A stretch of DNA of 58,056 bases from Desulfonatronovibrionaceae bacterium (GCA_046539845.1 JBKHGE010000009.1:1-58056), one strand, 5' to 3'; positions 29,380 through 40,329 are shown, counted from the stretch's first letter. Notes: generated from the letters alone by a model not told the origin. Translations and numbers: made by a program.

Positions 29380-31374
29380 ATGAGCATATTTGAATTAAAA
29401 TCCAGATATACCCCGCAGGGGGATCAGCCGCAGGCCATAGATTCCATCTGCTCCAATCTCCGGGCCGGGGTCTCTGACCAGGTCCTTTTGGGCGTCACCG
29501 GTTCGGGGAAGACCTTTACCATGGCCAATGTCATTGCCCGCTCTGGCCGCCCGGCGCTGATCATGGCCCCGAACAAGACCCTGGCCGCGCAGCTGTACAA
29601 CGAGTTCAAGGAGCTCTTTCCGGATAATGCGGTGGAATATTTTGTCAGTTATTATGATTACTACCAGCCTGAGGCCTATCTGCCGCATTCAGATACCTAT
29701 ATCGAGAAAGACGCCTCCATAAACGAGGATATAGACAAGCTACGCCACTCGGCCACTCATGCCCTGCTTACCCGGCGGGATGTGGTCATTGTTTCTTCTG
29801 TGTCCTGTATCTACGGCCTGGGCTCCCCGGAGTACTATTCCAGGATGGTCATCCCGGTGCATGTGGGTCTGGAGACGAGCATGGAGGAACTCATGGACCG
29901 GCTTGTCGAGGTCCATTACCAGCGAAACGATTACGATTTTCACCGCGGCACGTTCCGGGTCCGCGGGGACGTTCTGGAGATAATCCCGGCCTACAGGTAT
30001 GAAACCGCCCTGCGTTTGGAGTTCTTCGGAGACGAGATCGACGCGATTTTTGATACCGATCCCCTGACCGGGGAGATCAAGAGGACCCTGGACAAGACCA
30101 TTATTTTCCCGGCCAGCCACTATGTCTCCGACCGAAAGAATCTGAAGCGGGCGGTGGAGGATATCCGGGAGGAGCTGCGCGAGCGTCTTACCTGGCTCAA
30201 GGAGCAGAACAAGCTGGTCGAGGCCCAGAGACTGGAGCAAAAGACCCAGCTGGATCTGGAGATGATCGAGGAGATGGGCTACTGTAACGGGATCGAGAAT
30301 TACTCCCGGCACTTGGACGGCCGGACAGCAGGCGAGCCACCGGCCTGTCTCTTGGACTATTTCCCGGACGACTATATACTTTTTCTAGACGAATCGCACA
30401 TTACCGTGCCTCAGATAGGCGGGATGTACAACGGGGATCGTTCTAGGAAAAAAACGCTTGTGGATTTCGGGTTCCGCCTTCCGTCTGCCTTGGATAACCG
30501 GCCGCTTTGTTTTGATGAATTTACCGTGCGCATGAACCAGACCGTATATGTCTCGGCCACCCCAGGTGACTGGGAGCTGGAACGCTCCGGGCATACGGAG
30601 ATAGAGCAGATAATCCGTCCTACCGGTCTGGTCGATCCCCAGATTGAGGTGCGCAGAGTCGAGGGACAGATGGACGATCTGATGTACGAGTGTGACCTGC
30701 GCAAAAAAAGAAACGAACGGGTGCTGGTAACCACGCTTACCAAGCGCATGGCTGAGGACTTGACCGAGTTTTTAAACGAGCGCAATGTTGCGGCTAAATA
30801 CCTGCATTCGGACATAGACACCCTAGAGCGGGTGGCCGTGATTCAGGCCCTTAGAAACGCCGAGTTCCATGTCCTGGTGGGCATAAACCTTTTGCGCGAG
30901 GGCCTGGACATTCCGGAGGTCTCTTTGGTGGCCATCCTGGATGCGGACAAGGAGGGCTTTCTGCGTTCCGCCCGCTCCCTTATCCAGACCTTTGGCCGGG
31001 CCTCGCGCAATGTAAACGGCCGGGTGATCATGTATGCGGACAAACAGACCTCGGCCATGCGTCAGGCCATGGAAGAGACCGAGCGCAGGCGGGAAAAACA
31101 GCTGGTTCACAATGAAAGGCACGGGATAGAGCCCAAAAGTATCGAAAAGAGCGGGGCCAATGTCCTGTATGACTATAAGCAGGAGATTGAACGGGGCAGG
31201 ATGCCGGTGGCCGCGGAAGAAGTCGCCGAATACGGCGGCGATCCTGACGTCATTCACAAGGAAATAAAACGGCTGGAAAAGGAAATGCGCGCGTTGGCCA
31301 AAGACCTGGAATTTGAAAAGGCGGCCCGGATCCGGGACCGGATGCTGGAGCTAAAGGAGATGCTACTGGTGTGA
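29380..31374 (+). CDS. uvrB: Excinuclease ABC subunit B
   Basis: [23 protein letters not shown]-terminal UVR domain. Confidence 0.98.
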   Translation: MSIFELKSRYTPQGDQPQAIDSICSNLRAGVSDQVLLGVTGSGKTFTMANVIARSGRPALIMAPNKTLAAQLYNEFKELFPDNAVEYFVSYYDYYQPEAYLPHSDTYIEKDASINEDIDKLRHSATHALLTRRDVVIVSSVSCIYGLGSPEYYSRMVIPVHVGLETSMEELMDRLVEVHYQRNDYDFHRGTFRVRGDVLEIIPAYRYETALRLEFFGDEIDAIFDTDPLTGEIKRTLDKTIIFPASHYVSDRKNLKRAVEDIREELRERLTWLKEQNKLVEAQRLEQKTQLDLEMIEEMGYCNGIENYSRHLDGRTAGEPPACLLDYFPDDYILFLDESHITVPQIGGMYNGDRSRKKTLVDFGFRLPSALDNRPLCFDEFTVRMNQTVYVSATPGDWELERSGHTEIEQIIRPTGLVDPQIEVRRVEGQMDDLMYECDLRKKRNERVLVTTLTKRMAEDLTEFLNERNVAAKYLHSDIDTLERVAVIQALRNAEFHVLVGINLLREGLDIPEVSLVAILDADKEGFLRSARSLIQTFGRASRNVNGRVIMYADKQTSAMRQAMEETERRREKQLVHNERHGIEPKSIEKSGANVLYDYKQEIERGRMPVAAEEVAEYGGDPDVIHKEIKRLEKEMRALAKDLEFEKAARIRDRMLELKEMLLV

Positions 31375-32051
31375 CAGAAAAACGCATCGGCCTTCTCGGA
31401 GGCAGCTTCAATCCGGTGCACAACGGGCATCTGCGCATGGCGCTTCAGGTCTGCCACGCCCTTTCCCTGGACCGGGTGGATCTGATCCCGGCCAAGTCCC
31501 CGCCGCATAAGTCCGGCCGGGGTCTGCTCCCATTCGAACTCCGGGTGCGGATGCTCGAAAGCTCTGTTCAGGGCCGGGATTTTCTCCGGGTCTGCGAAAT
31601 GGAAGGGCGGCGAAAAGGCCCTTCGTATACAGTGGATACGCTCAAGGAATACCGGCGGGACAATCCGGAGGCCGGACTGGTGTTTATCCTGGGCCTCAAT
31701 GATATCCCCGCCCTTTCCGCCTGGCACAGCTGGGCGGAGATCTTTTCTCTGGCTGATATGGCTGTAGTGGAGAGGGCGGGGCTTTCCGGGGCAGTGGTCC
31801 ACGATTTTTTATCCCAAAATCTCCCGGATGCGTTCTATCGGGAAAGCAGTGCTTCCTGGCGGGTAAAGGGGGCTACGCTCTGCCTGGTCTCCATGCCCAG
31901 GATGGATTTAAGCTCCTCGCTTTTGCGCTGGATGTGGCTAAAGGGGATGGAACTGGATTTTTTGCTCCCGGACTGTGCCCTGGATATCCTGCGCCGGGAA
32001 AGGCGGACTGTAACCACAGTCTGGGAAGAAAGCGCTTTGGATGGAGGGTGA
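31371..32051 (+). CDS. nadD: Nicotinate-nucleotide adenylyltransferase
   Basis: [29 protein letters not shown] overlap with uvrB. Confidence 0.93.
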   Translation: MTEKRIGLLGGSFNPVHNGHLRMALQVCHALSLDRVDLIPAKSPPHKSGRGLLPFELRVRMLESSVQGRDFLRVCEMEGRRKGPSYTVDTLKEYRRDNPEAGLVFILGLNDIPALSAWHSWAEIFSLADMAVVERAGLSGAVVHDFLSQNLPDAFYRESSASWRVKGATLCLVSMPRMDLSSSLLRWMWLKGMELDFLLPDCALDILRRERRTVTTVWEESALDGG

Positions 32052-32356
32052 GATGCAAACCGCCAGTCCTATTTTGGGGGCAAGTTGAGTCCCGAATGTA
32101 TTCCCGTCCCTGATTGTTCGCCGCTTCCAAGCATGCGTTCCTCTCATGCAATTAATTTTCCCGCTTGTTTTGTCTCCGGCTTTGGTATAGCGATTTCTTC
32201 TCCTGGAGAACCTTTCCTGATTCTGGGCATAAATCCGGTCCCGATTTGGCAGGGAAGTATAAACCGCCAAGTGTCAAAGGAGAGTATTTTTCGGCGGCCC
32301 CCGCTGATCCAGGACAAGTTCTTGCGGCAAACCATTTTTTTCGGGGTAGGCCAAGG

Positions 32357-32752
32357 ATGGACAAAAAAATATTGCCGATCGCCTTCATGGTTCTCTGCCT
32401 GGGGTTTATTTGCCCAGCTGCTGGTTGCGCTTCTGGATCCGGGAATGGGAGTGATCCGAGATTGGAGCTCAAAATTGAGTCCAGGCCGGAGGCTAAAAAA
32501 AGAGAGATTAAAAGCAAAGTCGCCCGCAAGGGATGGGAATTGACCACCTATGCCCTGTAGCCGGGAACCCGGAGTGAGGGTTATCATGGGGTGCTTACCC
32601 GGGACGGCCGGCAGATCGGGGGTGAAAAAGAACAAAGAATGACTACCCCTTTGGGTACTCTTGTCTACAAAGGGGGAGTTGAGGAGCGTGAGTACCTCTG
32701 GTCTCGGTCCGGCTGGTGGATTCTGGATTATGCCGGAAAGAAAGAGGAGTAA
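32357..32752 (+). pseudogene. Lipoprotein gene interrupted by an in-frame TAG at 32558-32560
   Basis: AAGGA upstream, signal peptide with AAGC lipobox; the frame stays open for 63 more protein-like codons after TAG. Confidence 0.6.
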
Positions 32753-32816
32753 TGGTTTGGTGCCGGTTTGCAGTTTTTTGACTACAAGCCCGGGTCGGAA
32801 ATGACGGCCCGGGTTT

Positions 32817-33308
32817 TTAAATGTACAGTTCAAAACGCTGTTCCTCTACTTCCGTGCCCCATTGCCTGCCAGTGCGCTCTTTGACCAGGGTAAATCCTGC
32901 TTTTTCGTATAAATGTCTGGCCGGGTCCAGCCCGGCGAAAGTCCACAGATATATCTGCCTGTATCCACAATGCATACAGAAATCGACCGCCCTCTTCAGC
33001 AACCGGCCGCCCAACCCTTTGCCCCGCAGATTTCTGGAGACAATAAACCAGCGCAGATGGGCGCCCTCGCTCGGGGCATCGATCCCGTCTATGGCGATTG
33101 CCCCCTCTATCCGCCCGCGGTGGACAATCGACCATAATCCGTCCCGGACCGGGTCGTAGCGCTGGATAAACTCGGCCAGATCTCCGGCCACTTTGGCTTC
33201 GAAGTAACTGCCGAATCCCCAGTTGGGGTGGTAGTAGTTGATGTGCATCTCAGCCATCCGGCCGATCACTCCCGGCAGATATCCTGGCTTAATTCTGGGT
33301 GCGGTCAT
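32817..33308 (-). CDS. GNAT-family N-acetyltransferase
   Basis: AHLRWFIV, RGKGLG, LWTFAGL..ARHLYEKAGF; ATG 33308. Confidence 0.92.
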   Translation of the reverse strand: MTAPRIKPGYLPGVIGRMAEMHINYYHPNWGFGSYFEAKVAGDLAEFIQRYDPVRDGLWSIVHRGRIEGAIAIDGIDAPSEGAHLRWFIVSRNLRGKGLGGRLLKRAVDFCMHCGYRQIYLWTFAGLDPARHLYEKAGFTLVKERTGRQWGTEVEEQRFELYI

Positions 33309-33654
33309 AAAAGCCTTCTCCTGTTCTCCCGGCAGCAGTGTATATCTAAGCCTAGCCGGAGAATTATTTGCTTTTCTGCTCGCCTGAGACTGTTTGCAGG
33401 GCATGGGAACATAAGAAGTTTAACCTGTTCGGATATAAATTTCAAAACAACATACAGCCCTCTGAATATAAACAATAATATCAACGCCTACGAGGTATCG
33501 GCTTTCGGCTGCTTCTTTTAATCCGGCTCAACCAATGCAGACATTATTGCTTTTTTCATAGATAGTGGGATGGAAAATCAAGAAGGCTTTTCAAAAAGTC
33601 AAATAATTTATGAAGTCCTTGAATATTGATTCCGAATTTGATTAACTGATTCAC

Positions 33655-33740
33655 TGGCATGTATCCACCTGTTGCCAAGCGGCAGGGGGATACATGGAAG
33701 TTTGTATGCCACTTTTACACTGTTTAACCGGCCCTTTGCA
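33655..33740 (+). promoter_or_regulatory. Candidate structured 5' leader of the flavin oxidoreductase
   Basis: Hairpin 33658-33696, competing outer helix, second hairpin near 33731-33749. Confidence 0.35.
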
Positions 33741-33774
33741 CTAAGGGGCTGAATCTCAGGATAAGGAGGATTAT

Positions 33775-34878
33775 TTGAGTATTGCATTTGAGCCCTTTAC
33801 AATAAACGGTCTGGAGATCAAAAACCGCTTTGTCCGCTCCGCCACCTGGGAGGGGATGGCCGCAGAAGATGGTTCGGTTAGCGAAAGATTAATAAATACC
33901 CTGGTTGAGCTGGCCCGGGGAGAAGTGGGGCTTATTATCCCGGGGCACGCATATGTTCAGCCCCGGGGCAAGGCTTCTTCCTGGCAGCTGGGAATATACA
34001 GGGATGAGTTGTTGCCCGGGCTTAAAAGGCTGACTGCGGCCATACATGAGTCCGGTGGAAAGACAGTGGCCCAGCTGGCCCATGCCGGAGTGTTCACCAC
34101 TCCGGAGCTCGCTGGCGGCAGGCCGTTTTGCGTTTCCGAGGTTGACGGATTGCCGAATCACCCCCACCAGGAGATTAGTCCCTCAGAGATCCAGGGACTT
34201 GTCTCGGATTTTGCCGCCGCAGCCGGCCGGGCCAAAGAGGCCGGATTCGACGGGGTGCAGATCCATTCCGCGCATGGCTATTTTTTGAGCCAGTTTTTGT
34301 CCCCGGCATTTAACAAAAGGACTGATGACTACGGTGGGAGTTTGAAGAACAGGGTCCGCATCCATCTGGATGTCCTCCGGGCTGTAAGGCGGGAAGTGGG
34401 TAGGGACTACCCGGTGCTGGTCAAACTGAACTGCGAGGATTTTGTGGACGGGGGGCTTTTGTCCCAGGAATCTGTTGAGGCGGCTAAGCTCATGGCCGGG
34501 GTTGGTTTGGACGCAATTGAACTAAGCGGAGGTATCTTGACCGGGGGCAAGCTCGCTCCCAGCCGGCCGGGTATAAATTCCCGGGACAAGGAGGCCTATT
34601 TCAGTAGCCAAGCCGGTTCTTTTCGGGCCGGAATCGAGCTGCCGCTTATCCTGGTCGGGGGGATGCGTTCCCCGGAGAAAATCGAGGAGGTCATCAGCGG
34701 GGGCACTGCCGATTTTGTTTCCTTAAGCCGCCCGCTTATCCGCGAACCACAACTTGTGAAGCGCTGGAGAGAAGGGGACCGCAGACCGGCCGAGTGCGTT
34801 TCCGATAACCTCTGCTTCACGCCGGCCATGGAGGGTAAGGGGATTTATTGCCTGAGCCGAGAACGGGAACAGACTTGA
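33775..34878 (+). CDS. NADH:flavin oxidoreductase (Old Yellow Enzyme family)
   Basis: KNRFVRSATWE, QLAHAG, HSAHGYFLSQFLSP, RTDDYGGS; TTG start with AGGAGG SD. Confidence 0.93.
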   Translation: MSIAFEPFTINGLEIKNRFVRSATWEGMAAEDGSVSERLINTLVELARGEVGLIIPGHAYVQPRGKASSWQLGIYRDELLPGLKRLTAAIHESGGKTVAQLAHAGVFTTPELAGGRPFCVSEVDGLPNHPHQEISPSEIQGLVSDFAAAAGRAKEAGFDGVQIHSAHGYFLSQFLSPAFNKRTDDYGGSLKNRVRIHLDVLRAVRREVGRDYPVLVKLNCEDFVDGGLLSQESVEAAKLMAGVGLDAIELSGGILTGGKLAPSRPGINSRDKEAYFSSQAGSFRAGIELPLILVGGMRSPEKIEEVISGGTADFVSLSRPLIREPQLVKRWREGDRRPAECVSDNLCFTPAMEGKGIYCLSREREQT

Positions 34879-35074
34879 ATTTACTCCTTTTGCACTGGTT
34901 CTGATTTGGGAAAGACAGCTACCTGCCGCCCCCCAGTGTTCGGGGGAACCGAGATCACGATAAACGGATATTTTACCCAAATCAGACCGGCATAAAAAAA
35001 GAAATGTGTCCTTAAGCCCGATAGTCTAGATACAAACGACTTATACGGTTTTAGTCTAAAATAGAGGGGGAAAA

Positions 35075-37090
35075 ATGCCGGATCATTCTAATCACCATGC
35101 CCAAAGTAAGTCCGGACACGAACAGCACGGACATGATCATCAAAGCCACCATCAGCACATGGTCCGGGATTTTAAGAACAGATTCTGGGTTACCCTGCTT
35201 CTAACCCTTCCGGTCCTTGTCCTTTCGCCCACTTTGCAGTCTCTCTTGGGAGTCCCCGGAGCGATTGCCTTTCCCGGTCGGTATATAGTGCTCTTTATTC
35301 TGGGAACAGCCATTTTTTTCTACGGAGGCTGGCCGTTTCTAACCGGTCTTGTGGATGAACTCCGGAAAAAGCAGCCCGGAATGATGACCCTCATTGGCCT
35401 GGCCATTGCCGTGGCTTATGGGTATTCAAGCCTTGTGGCTCTAGGCCTTCCGGGCAAGGTGTTCTTTTGGGAGCTGGCCACTCTTATCCTGGTCATGCTC
35501 TTGGGCCATTGGATCGAGATGCGCTCGGTGATGAGCGCTTCCGGGGCCCTGGAAAAGCTGGCCCGGCTGGTGCCCGGACAGGCGCACAGAATGGACAGGC
35601 AGGGCAATGTCTCTGATGTGCCTGTGAGCGAACTTGTAAGTGGAGACAAGGTCCTTGTCCGGCCGGGAGAAAAAATTCCCGTGGACGGGGAGGTACTTGA
35701 GGGGGATTCTTCGGTAAACGAGGCCTTGCTCACCGGTGAATCCATGCCGGTGAAAAAGACTTTGGGTGCTGAAGTCATCGCAGGCGCGGTAAACGGTGAG
35801 GGGGCCCTTACCGTGCAGGTGACCAAAACCGGTGCGAATTCCTTTTTGCAGCAGGTGATCAATTTGGTCCGGGAGGCGCAAGAGAGCAAGTCCAAATCTC
35901 AAAATCTGGCCAACACTGCGGCCATGTGGCTGACCTTTATTGCCCTCGGGGCCGGAGCGATAACCATGTTTTCCTGGCTCGCATTTTCCGGCCGGGATTT
36001 TCTCTTTTCCATGGAGCGAACGGTGACAGTGATGGTCATTACCTGCCCCCATGCCCTGGGGCTGGCTGTTCCCCTGGTGGTGGCTGTATCCACCGCGCTG
36101 GCCGCGAAAAACGGTTTTCTCATACGCAGGCGCACGCCGTTCGAGGGAGCCCGAAAAATTGATGTGCTTTTGTTCGACAAAACCGGGACATTGACCACCG
36201 GAGAATTCGGAGTAAGCGAGGTGGAAATTTTCTCCCCGCAAATGGATAAAAAGGAGCTTTTGAATCTGGCCGGGGCGGTGGAAAGTCGGTCCGAGCACCC
36301 CATTGCCAGGGCGATAGTCGAGGCGGCAGACGATATCCCCGAGGCTTTTGATTTCCAATCCATACCCGGACGAGGGGCCCAAGCCTCTGTTAAAGGACGC
36401 AAGGTCATGGTGCTCAGCCCGGGATATGCACAAAAGCAAGGTCTGAACTTCGAGCACAAGAAGATCGACGATCTCTCTGAAGCGGGCAAGACCGTGGTTC
36501 TGGTGGTTGTCGAGGACACAGTCATGGCTGCGGTGGCCTTGGCCGATGTTGTCCGTAAGGAATCAAAACAGACTATTTCCCGGCTGAAAGAGTTGGGTAT
36601 AAAAGTGATGATGCTTACTGGAGACAACGAACAGGTGGCCGCAGCAGTGGCCGGGGAGCTGGGTCTGGATGAGTTTTTTGCCCAGGTCCCGCCCGATCGC
36701 AAGGCGGAGAAAGTCCGAGAGCTGCAAGCCGGAGGTCTTCGGGTGGCAATGACCGGGGACGGGGTGAACGATGCCCCGGCCCTGGCAGCCGCGGATCTGG
36801 GTATCGCCATAGGCGCGGGTACGGATGTGGCCGCGGAGACCGCAGATATAATCCTGGTCCGTTCCAATCCCCTGGATGTCTTAAATCTGATTCGGCTTTC
36901 ACGGCTCACATTCAGAAAAACAGTGCAGAATCTCTTCTGGGCCACTGGATACAATGCCGCGGCCATTCCTCTGGCTGCCGGTGTGCTGGCACCGCTGGGC
37001 ATCCTCTTGAGTCCAGCGGTCGGGGCGGTGCTTATGTCCCTGTCCACGGTCATCGTGGCCGTAAACGCCAAGCTCCTTCGCCTGGATTGA
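35075..37090 (+). CDS. copB: Copper-translocating P1B-3 ATPase
   Basis: His-rich N terminus, TGES, CPH, DKTGT, GDGVND, YN and MSLST. Confidence 0.9.
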   Translation: MPDHSNHHAQSKSGHEQHGHDHQSHHQHMVRDFKNRFWVTLLLTLPVLVLSPTLQSLLGVPGAIAFPGRYIVLFILGTAIFFYGGWPFLTGLVDELRKKQPGMMTLIGLAIAVAYGYSSLVALGLPGKVFFWELATLILVMLLGHWIEMRSVMSASGALEKLARLVPGQAHRMDRQGNVSDVPVSELVSGDKVLVRPGEKIPVDGEVLEGDSSVNEALLTGESMPVKKTLGAEVIAGAVNGEGALTVQVTKTGANSFLQQVINLVREAQESKSKSQNLANTAAMWLTFIALGAGAITMFSWLAFSGRDFLFSMERTVTVMVITCPHALGLAVPLVVAVSTALAAKNGFLIRRRTPFEGARKIDVLLFDKTGTLTTGEFGVSEVEIFSPQMDKKELLNLAGAVESRSEHPIARAIVEAADDIPEAFDFQSIPGRGAQASVKGRKVMVLSPGYAQKQGLNFEHKKIDDLSEAGKTVVLVVVEDTVMAAVALADVVRKESKQTISRLKELGIKVMMLTGDNEQVAAAVAGELGLDEFFAQVPPDRKAEKVRELQAGGLRVAMTGDGVNDAPALAAADLGIAIGAGTDVAAETADIILVRSNPLDVLNLIRLSRLTFRKTVQNLFWATGYNAAAIPLAAGVLAPLGILLSPAVGAVLMSLSTVIVAVNAKLLRLD

Positions 37091-37115
37091 TCGATCAGCC
37101 GGGATATATGCCGCG

Positions 37116-37148
37116 AAAAAAGGCCGCATCCGGAAAAAGGATGCGGCC
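37116..37148 (-). terminator. Intrinsic terminator for the glpX operon (between convergent genes)
   Basis: GGCCGCATCC-7 nt-GGATGCGGCC with a U run on the minus strand. Confidence 0.8.
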
Positions 37149-37198
37149 GAGGATAAAAAACTTTAAGTCTGCGTCTTTCGCCTTTTGGTTCGGAAAAA

Positions 37199-38182
37199 TC
37201 AGTCGTATTTGACCGCGCTGATGCGCATCAGTTTATCCCATTTGTGGAAGGATTCCATGCGGCGAACGGTCCCGGTCTTGCCGCGCATGACCAGGGAATG
37301 TGTGGTGGCCCCGTTCCCGGTATAATGCACTCCGGGGAGGAAAGTCCCGCCGGACAGGCCGGTGGCGGCAAAAAACACGTCCTCGCTTTTTACAAGGGAG
37401 TTTACAGTCAGGACTTCGTTTAGATCGTGCCCGCTCTTGTCCAAGGCCTTTTTTTCCTCATCCTTCTGTGGGTCAAGCTTGGCCAGGATCTCCCCGCCCA
37501 AGGCCTTTATGGCGCAGGCGGCCAGAACTCCTTCCGGGGTCCCGCCGGTACCCATCATTATGTCCACTTCCGAGGTGGTGTCCACGGCCATGAGCGCTCC
37601 GGCCACGTCCCCATCCGTGTGCAGCTGGATGCGTGCCCCGGCCTCGCGTATGGAGGCGATAAGTTCCTGGTGCCTGGGCTTGTCCAGGACAAATACCACC
37701 AGGTCATCCACGTCCTTGCCCAAAGCCCTGGCGGTGTTTTTGAGATTATCCCTGACCGGGGCGTTAATATCCACTGCTTCCCGCGCCCCGGCCGGGACCA
37801 CCAGCTTGCGCATGTAAAAGCTCGGCCCGGGATCGTACATGGCCCCCTGCGGGGCCAGGCCGACTACAGCGATGGCATTGGGCCGGCCGAAGGCGAGCAG
37901 GTTGGTCCCTTCCACAGGATCCACAGCCACATCCACGGCCGGACCGGTACCGGAACCGACCAGTTCCCCGTTGTAGAGCATGGGAGCCTTGTCCTTTTCC
38001 CCCTCGCCGATGACCACCTTTCCGGCGATCTCCAGGTTATTGAAGGAAAGACGCATGGCATCCACTGCCGCCTTGTCCCCGGCCTTTTTGTTCCCCCGTC
38101 CCAGCCAGCGGGCCGAGGCCAGGGCCGCGGATTCGGTCACCCGGACAAGATCCAGAGCCAGATTGCGTTGCGGTGCTTCCAT
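37199..38182 (-). CDS. glpX: Fructose-1,6-bisphosphatase class II
   Basis: VIGEGEKD.APML, DPVEGT, DGDV, GGTPEGV. Confidence 0.96.
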   Translation of the reverse strand: MEAPQRNLALDLVRVTESAALASARWLGRGNKKAGDKAAVDAMRLSFNNLEIAGKVVIGEGEKDKAPMLYNGELVGSGTGPAVDVAVDPVEGTNLLAFGRPNAIAVVGLAPQGAMYDPGPSFYMRKLVVPAGAREAVDINAPVRDNLKNTARALGKDVDDLVVFVLDKPRHQELIASIREAGARIQLHTDGDVAGALMAVDTTSEVDIMMGTGGTPEGVLAACAIKALGGEILAKLDPQKDEEKKALDKSGHDLNEVLTVNSLVKSEDVFFAATGLSGGTFLPGVHYTGNGATTHSLVMRGKTGTVRRMESFHKWDKLMRISAVKYD

Positions 38183-38191
38183 GAGCAAACC

Positions 38192-40159
38192 CTATTTTAA
38201 GCTGTCCTTTATGAACCGGGCCAGGTTTTCCGCGGTGAATCCGTATTTCTCGGCCAGTATCCCGGCCGGGGCCGAGGCCCCGAAGTGGTTCAGGCCAAAT
38301 ACTCTGCCGCTCGTGCCCACATACTTGTACCAAGCGGTGTCGTCCCCGGCCTCCACCGCGAACCTGGCGGTGACATCCTCGGGCAAAAGCTCCCGGCGGT
38401 AATCTTCGGGCTGGGCGTCAAATATCTCCATGCAGGGCACGCTTATGACCCGGACCTTTTTGTCCAGAAGCCCGGCTGTTTCCAGGGCCAGGTGCACTTC
38501 CGATCCGCTGGCCAGGAGGATGAGCTCCACCGGGCCGTCGGCTTCCCGGAGTATATACGCTCCCCGGTCCACTCCTTTATCCAGCTGGGGGTAGTTTTCC
38601 CGGGTCAAAACCGGCAGGCCCTGTCTGGTGAATAAAAGGGCGCTCGGGGTCTCACTCAGGGTAAGGGCGATATTCATGCATTTCTTGGTTTCATTGGCGT
38701 CCGCCGGACGGAAGACATTCAGGTTGGGTATGGTCCTCAGGGCGTTTGCATGCTCCACCGGCTGGTGCGTGGGGCCGTCCTCGCCCACGTAAAAGGAATC
38801 GTGGGTGAAAACGTGCAGAACAGGAAGTTTCTGCAGCGCGGACATGCGGATGGCGTTTCGCTCGTAATCGGAAAAGACCAGAAAGGTCGCGCCCAGGGGA
38901 ACAATACCCCCGTGCAGGGCCAGGCCGTTTAAAATGGCGCCCATGGGGAATTCCCGCACCCCGAAGGGCAGATATCGCCCGCAGGGATTGTCGGCGTTGA
39001 AGATGCCGCATTCGTTTCTAAAGTGCACGGTCTGGTTGGAAGGGTCCAGATCCGCGGAACCGCCCATGAGATTAAGGACCTGATCCAGGATGTGATTCAG
39101 GCAGGCCCCGAAAGCCTTGCGCGTGGCCAGGGGCTTTTCCGAGTCGAAATCCGGCCAGGAGATCTCCCGGTCCTCGGGAGCGGCATGGATCTTTTCCCAG
39201 TACTGCATAAGTTCCGGGGCGTTATCCATTGTCTTTTTAAAGCGGTCCTTCCAGGCGGAGGCCTTTTCCCGCAGCTCGGGGAAACGGGACTGAAAATCGG
39301 TTATCGCCTCGGAGGGGAGATAGAAATCTTCGTCCGCGGGCAGACCGATTTTTTCCTTGCTCGCCTTTATCTCCTCCGGGCTGAACGGGGATCCGTGCGT
39401 GGCCTCGCTTCCCTCCAGGGTGGCGCTACCGCTGGCCATGGTGGTGTGCCCGATTATAAGCGTGGGCTTGTTTTCTTCTTTTTTGGCCTTTTTAATCGCT
39501 TCCCTTATTTGCCCGTGATCGTGCCCGTCTATTTCGATTACCTGCCAGCACAGGCTGCGGTAGAGTTGAGAATAGTCGGTGCAGTCCGAGCGGTCCGTGG
39601 GTCCGGCCAGCTGGATCTTGTTGCTGTCGAAAAAGACGATGAGCCTGCCCAGGCCCCATTGCCCGGCCAGGGCCGCGCTGCCGTAGGCCACGGGTTCCTG
39701 CATGTCCCCGTCCGAGGCCAGGGCGTAGGTGAAGTGACTGCATATATCCGAACCGAGTTTGCCCCGCAGATGGGCCTCGGCCGTGGCCATGCCGCAGGCC
39801 ATGGACATCCCCTGTCCCAGGGGGCCGGTGGTGGCTTCTACTCCCGGAGTCATGTCGTGCTCCGGATGGCCTGGCGTTCTGCTGCCCCATTGCCGGAATT
39901 CCTTGAGGTCGTCCATGTCCAAGAACCCGGCCAGGGTCAAAAGGCTGTACAGGAGCATGGATTCGTGCCCGGCAGAGAGTACGAAGCGGTCCCGGTCGAA
40001 CCAGTCCGGATTGTCCGGATCAAAATTCAAAAATTCCTTGAAAAGAACGTAGCCGAAATCAGCCGAGGACATGGCACCTCCGGGATGGCCGGAATTGGCC
40101 TTCCGGGTGGCGTCCATGATCAGTCCCTTGATGATGTTTACCGTGTCTTGGTTGTCCAT
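38192..40159 (-). CDS. tkt: Transketolase
   Basis: SGHPG, TTGPLGQG, GVREF, GEDGPTHQP. Confidence 0.97.
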   Translation of the reverse strand: MDNQDTVNIIKGLIMDATRKANSGHPGGAMSSADFGYVLFKEFLNFDPDNPDWFDRDRFVLSAGHESMLLYSLLTLAGFLDMDDLKEFRQWGSRTPGHPEHDMTPGVEATTGPLGQGMSMACGMATAEAHLRGKLGSDICSHFTYALASDGDMQEPVAYGSAALAGQWGLGRLIVFFDSNKIQLAGPTDRSDCTDYSQLYRSLCWQVIEIDGHDHGQIREAIKKAKKEENKPTLIIGHTTMASGSATLEGSEATHGSPFSPEEIKASKEKIGLPADEDFYLPSEAITDFQSRFPELREKASAWKDRFKKTMDNAPELMQYWEKIHAAPEDREISWPDFDSEKPLATRKAFGACLNHILDQVLNLMGGSADLDPSNQTVHFRNECGIFNADNPCGRYLPFGVREFPMGAILNGLALHGGIVPLGATFLVFSDYERNAIRMSALQKLPVLHVFTHDSFYVGEDGPTHQPVEHANALRTIPNLNVFRPADANETKKCMNIALTLSETPSALLFTRQGLPVLTRENYPQLDKGVDRGAYILREADGPVELILLASGSEVHLALETAGLLDKKVRVISVPCMEIFDAQPEDYRRELLPEDVTARFAVEAGDDTAWYKYVGTSGRVFGLNHFGASAPAGILAEKYGFTAENLARFIKDSLK

Positions 40160-40329
40160 GGGTAGTTTTTACGGTTTGTTAGAGGTTGGCGATCTGTTTT
40201 TGACTGTCCTTGTCCGCAGGTGGTGTGAAAACAGGAATCTGCTTCGGAGTCAAGTCCCGTCCGGGCGGCGGTTTAATCCGAGGGCATCGGCGGAGTACGA
40301 GTCTTCCCGCCTTTTTGCCGCTGCTAAAA

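Noticed and set aside
32144..32833. 229-aa minus-strand ORF and 32085-32543 plus-strand ORF
   Set aside because: No motifs or SD; the plus-strand lipoprotein frame explains the region better.
35022..35058. TAGTCTA direct repeat upstream of copB
   Set aside because: Only two 7-mers, and no match to CsoR or CueR operators that I know.
35441..37071. Long antisense ORFs (338 aa, 390 aa) opposite copB
   Set aside because: Shadow frames of a GC-rich gene with no recognisable motifs.
39023..40165. 380-aa ORF antisense to tkt (likewise 27579-28631 opposite trpB)
   Set aside because: Lie opposite well-supported genes; typical reverse-frame artefacts.
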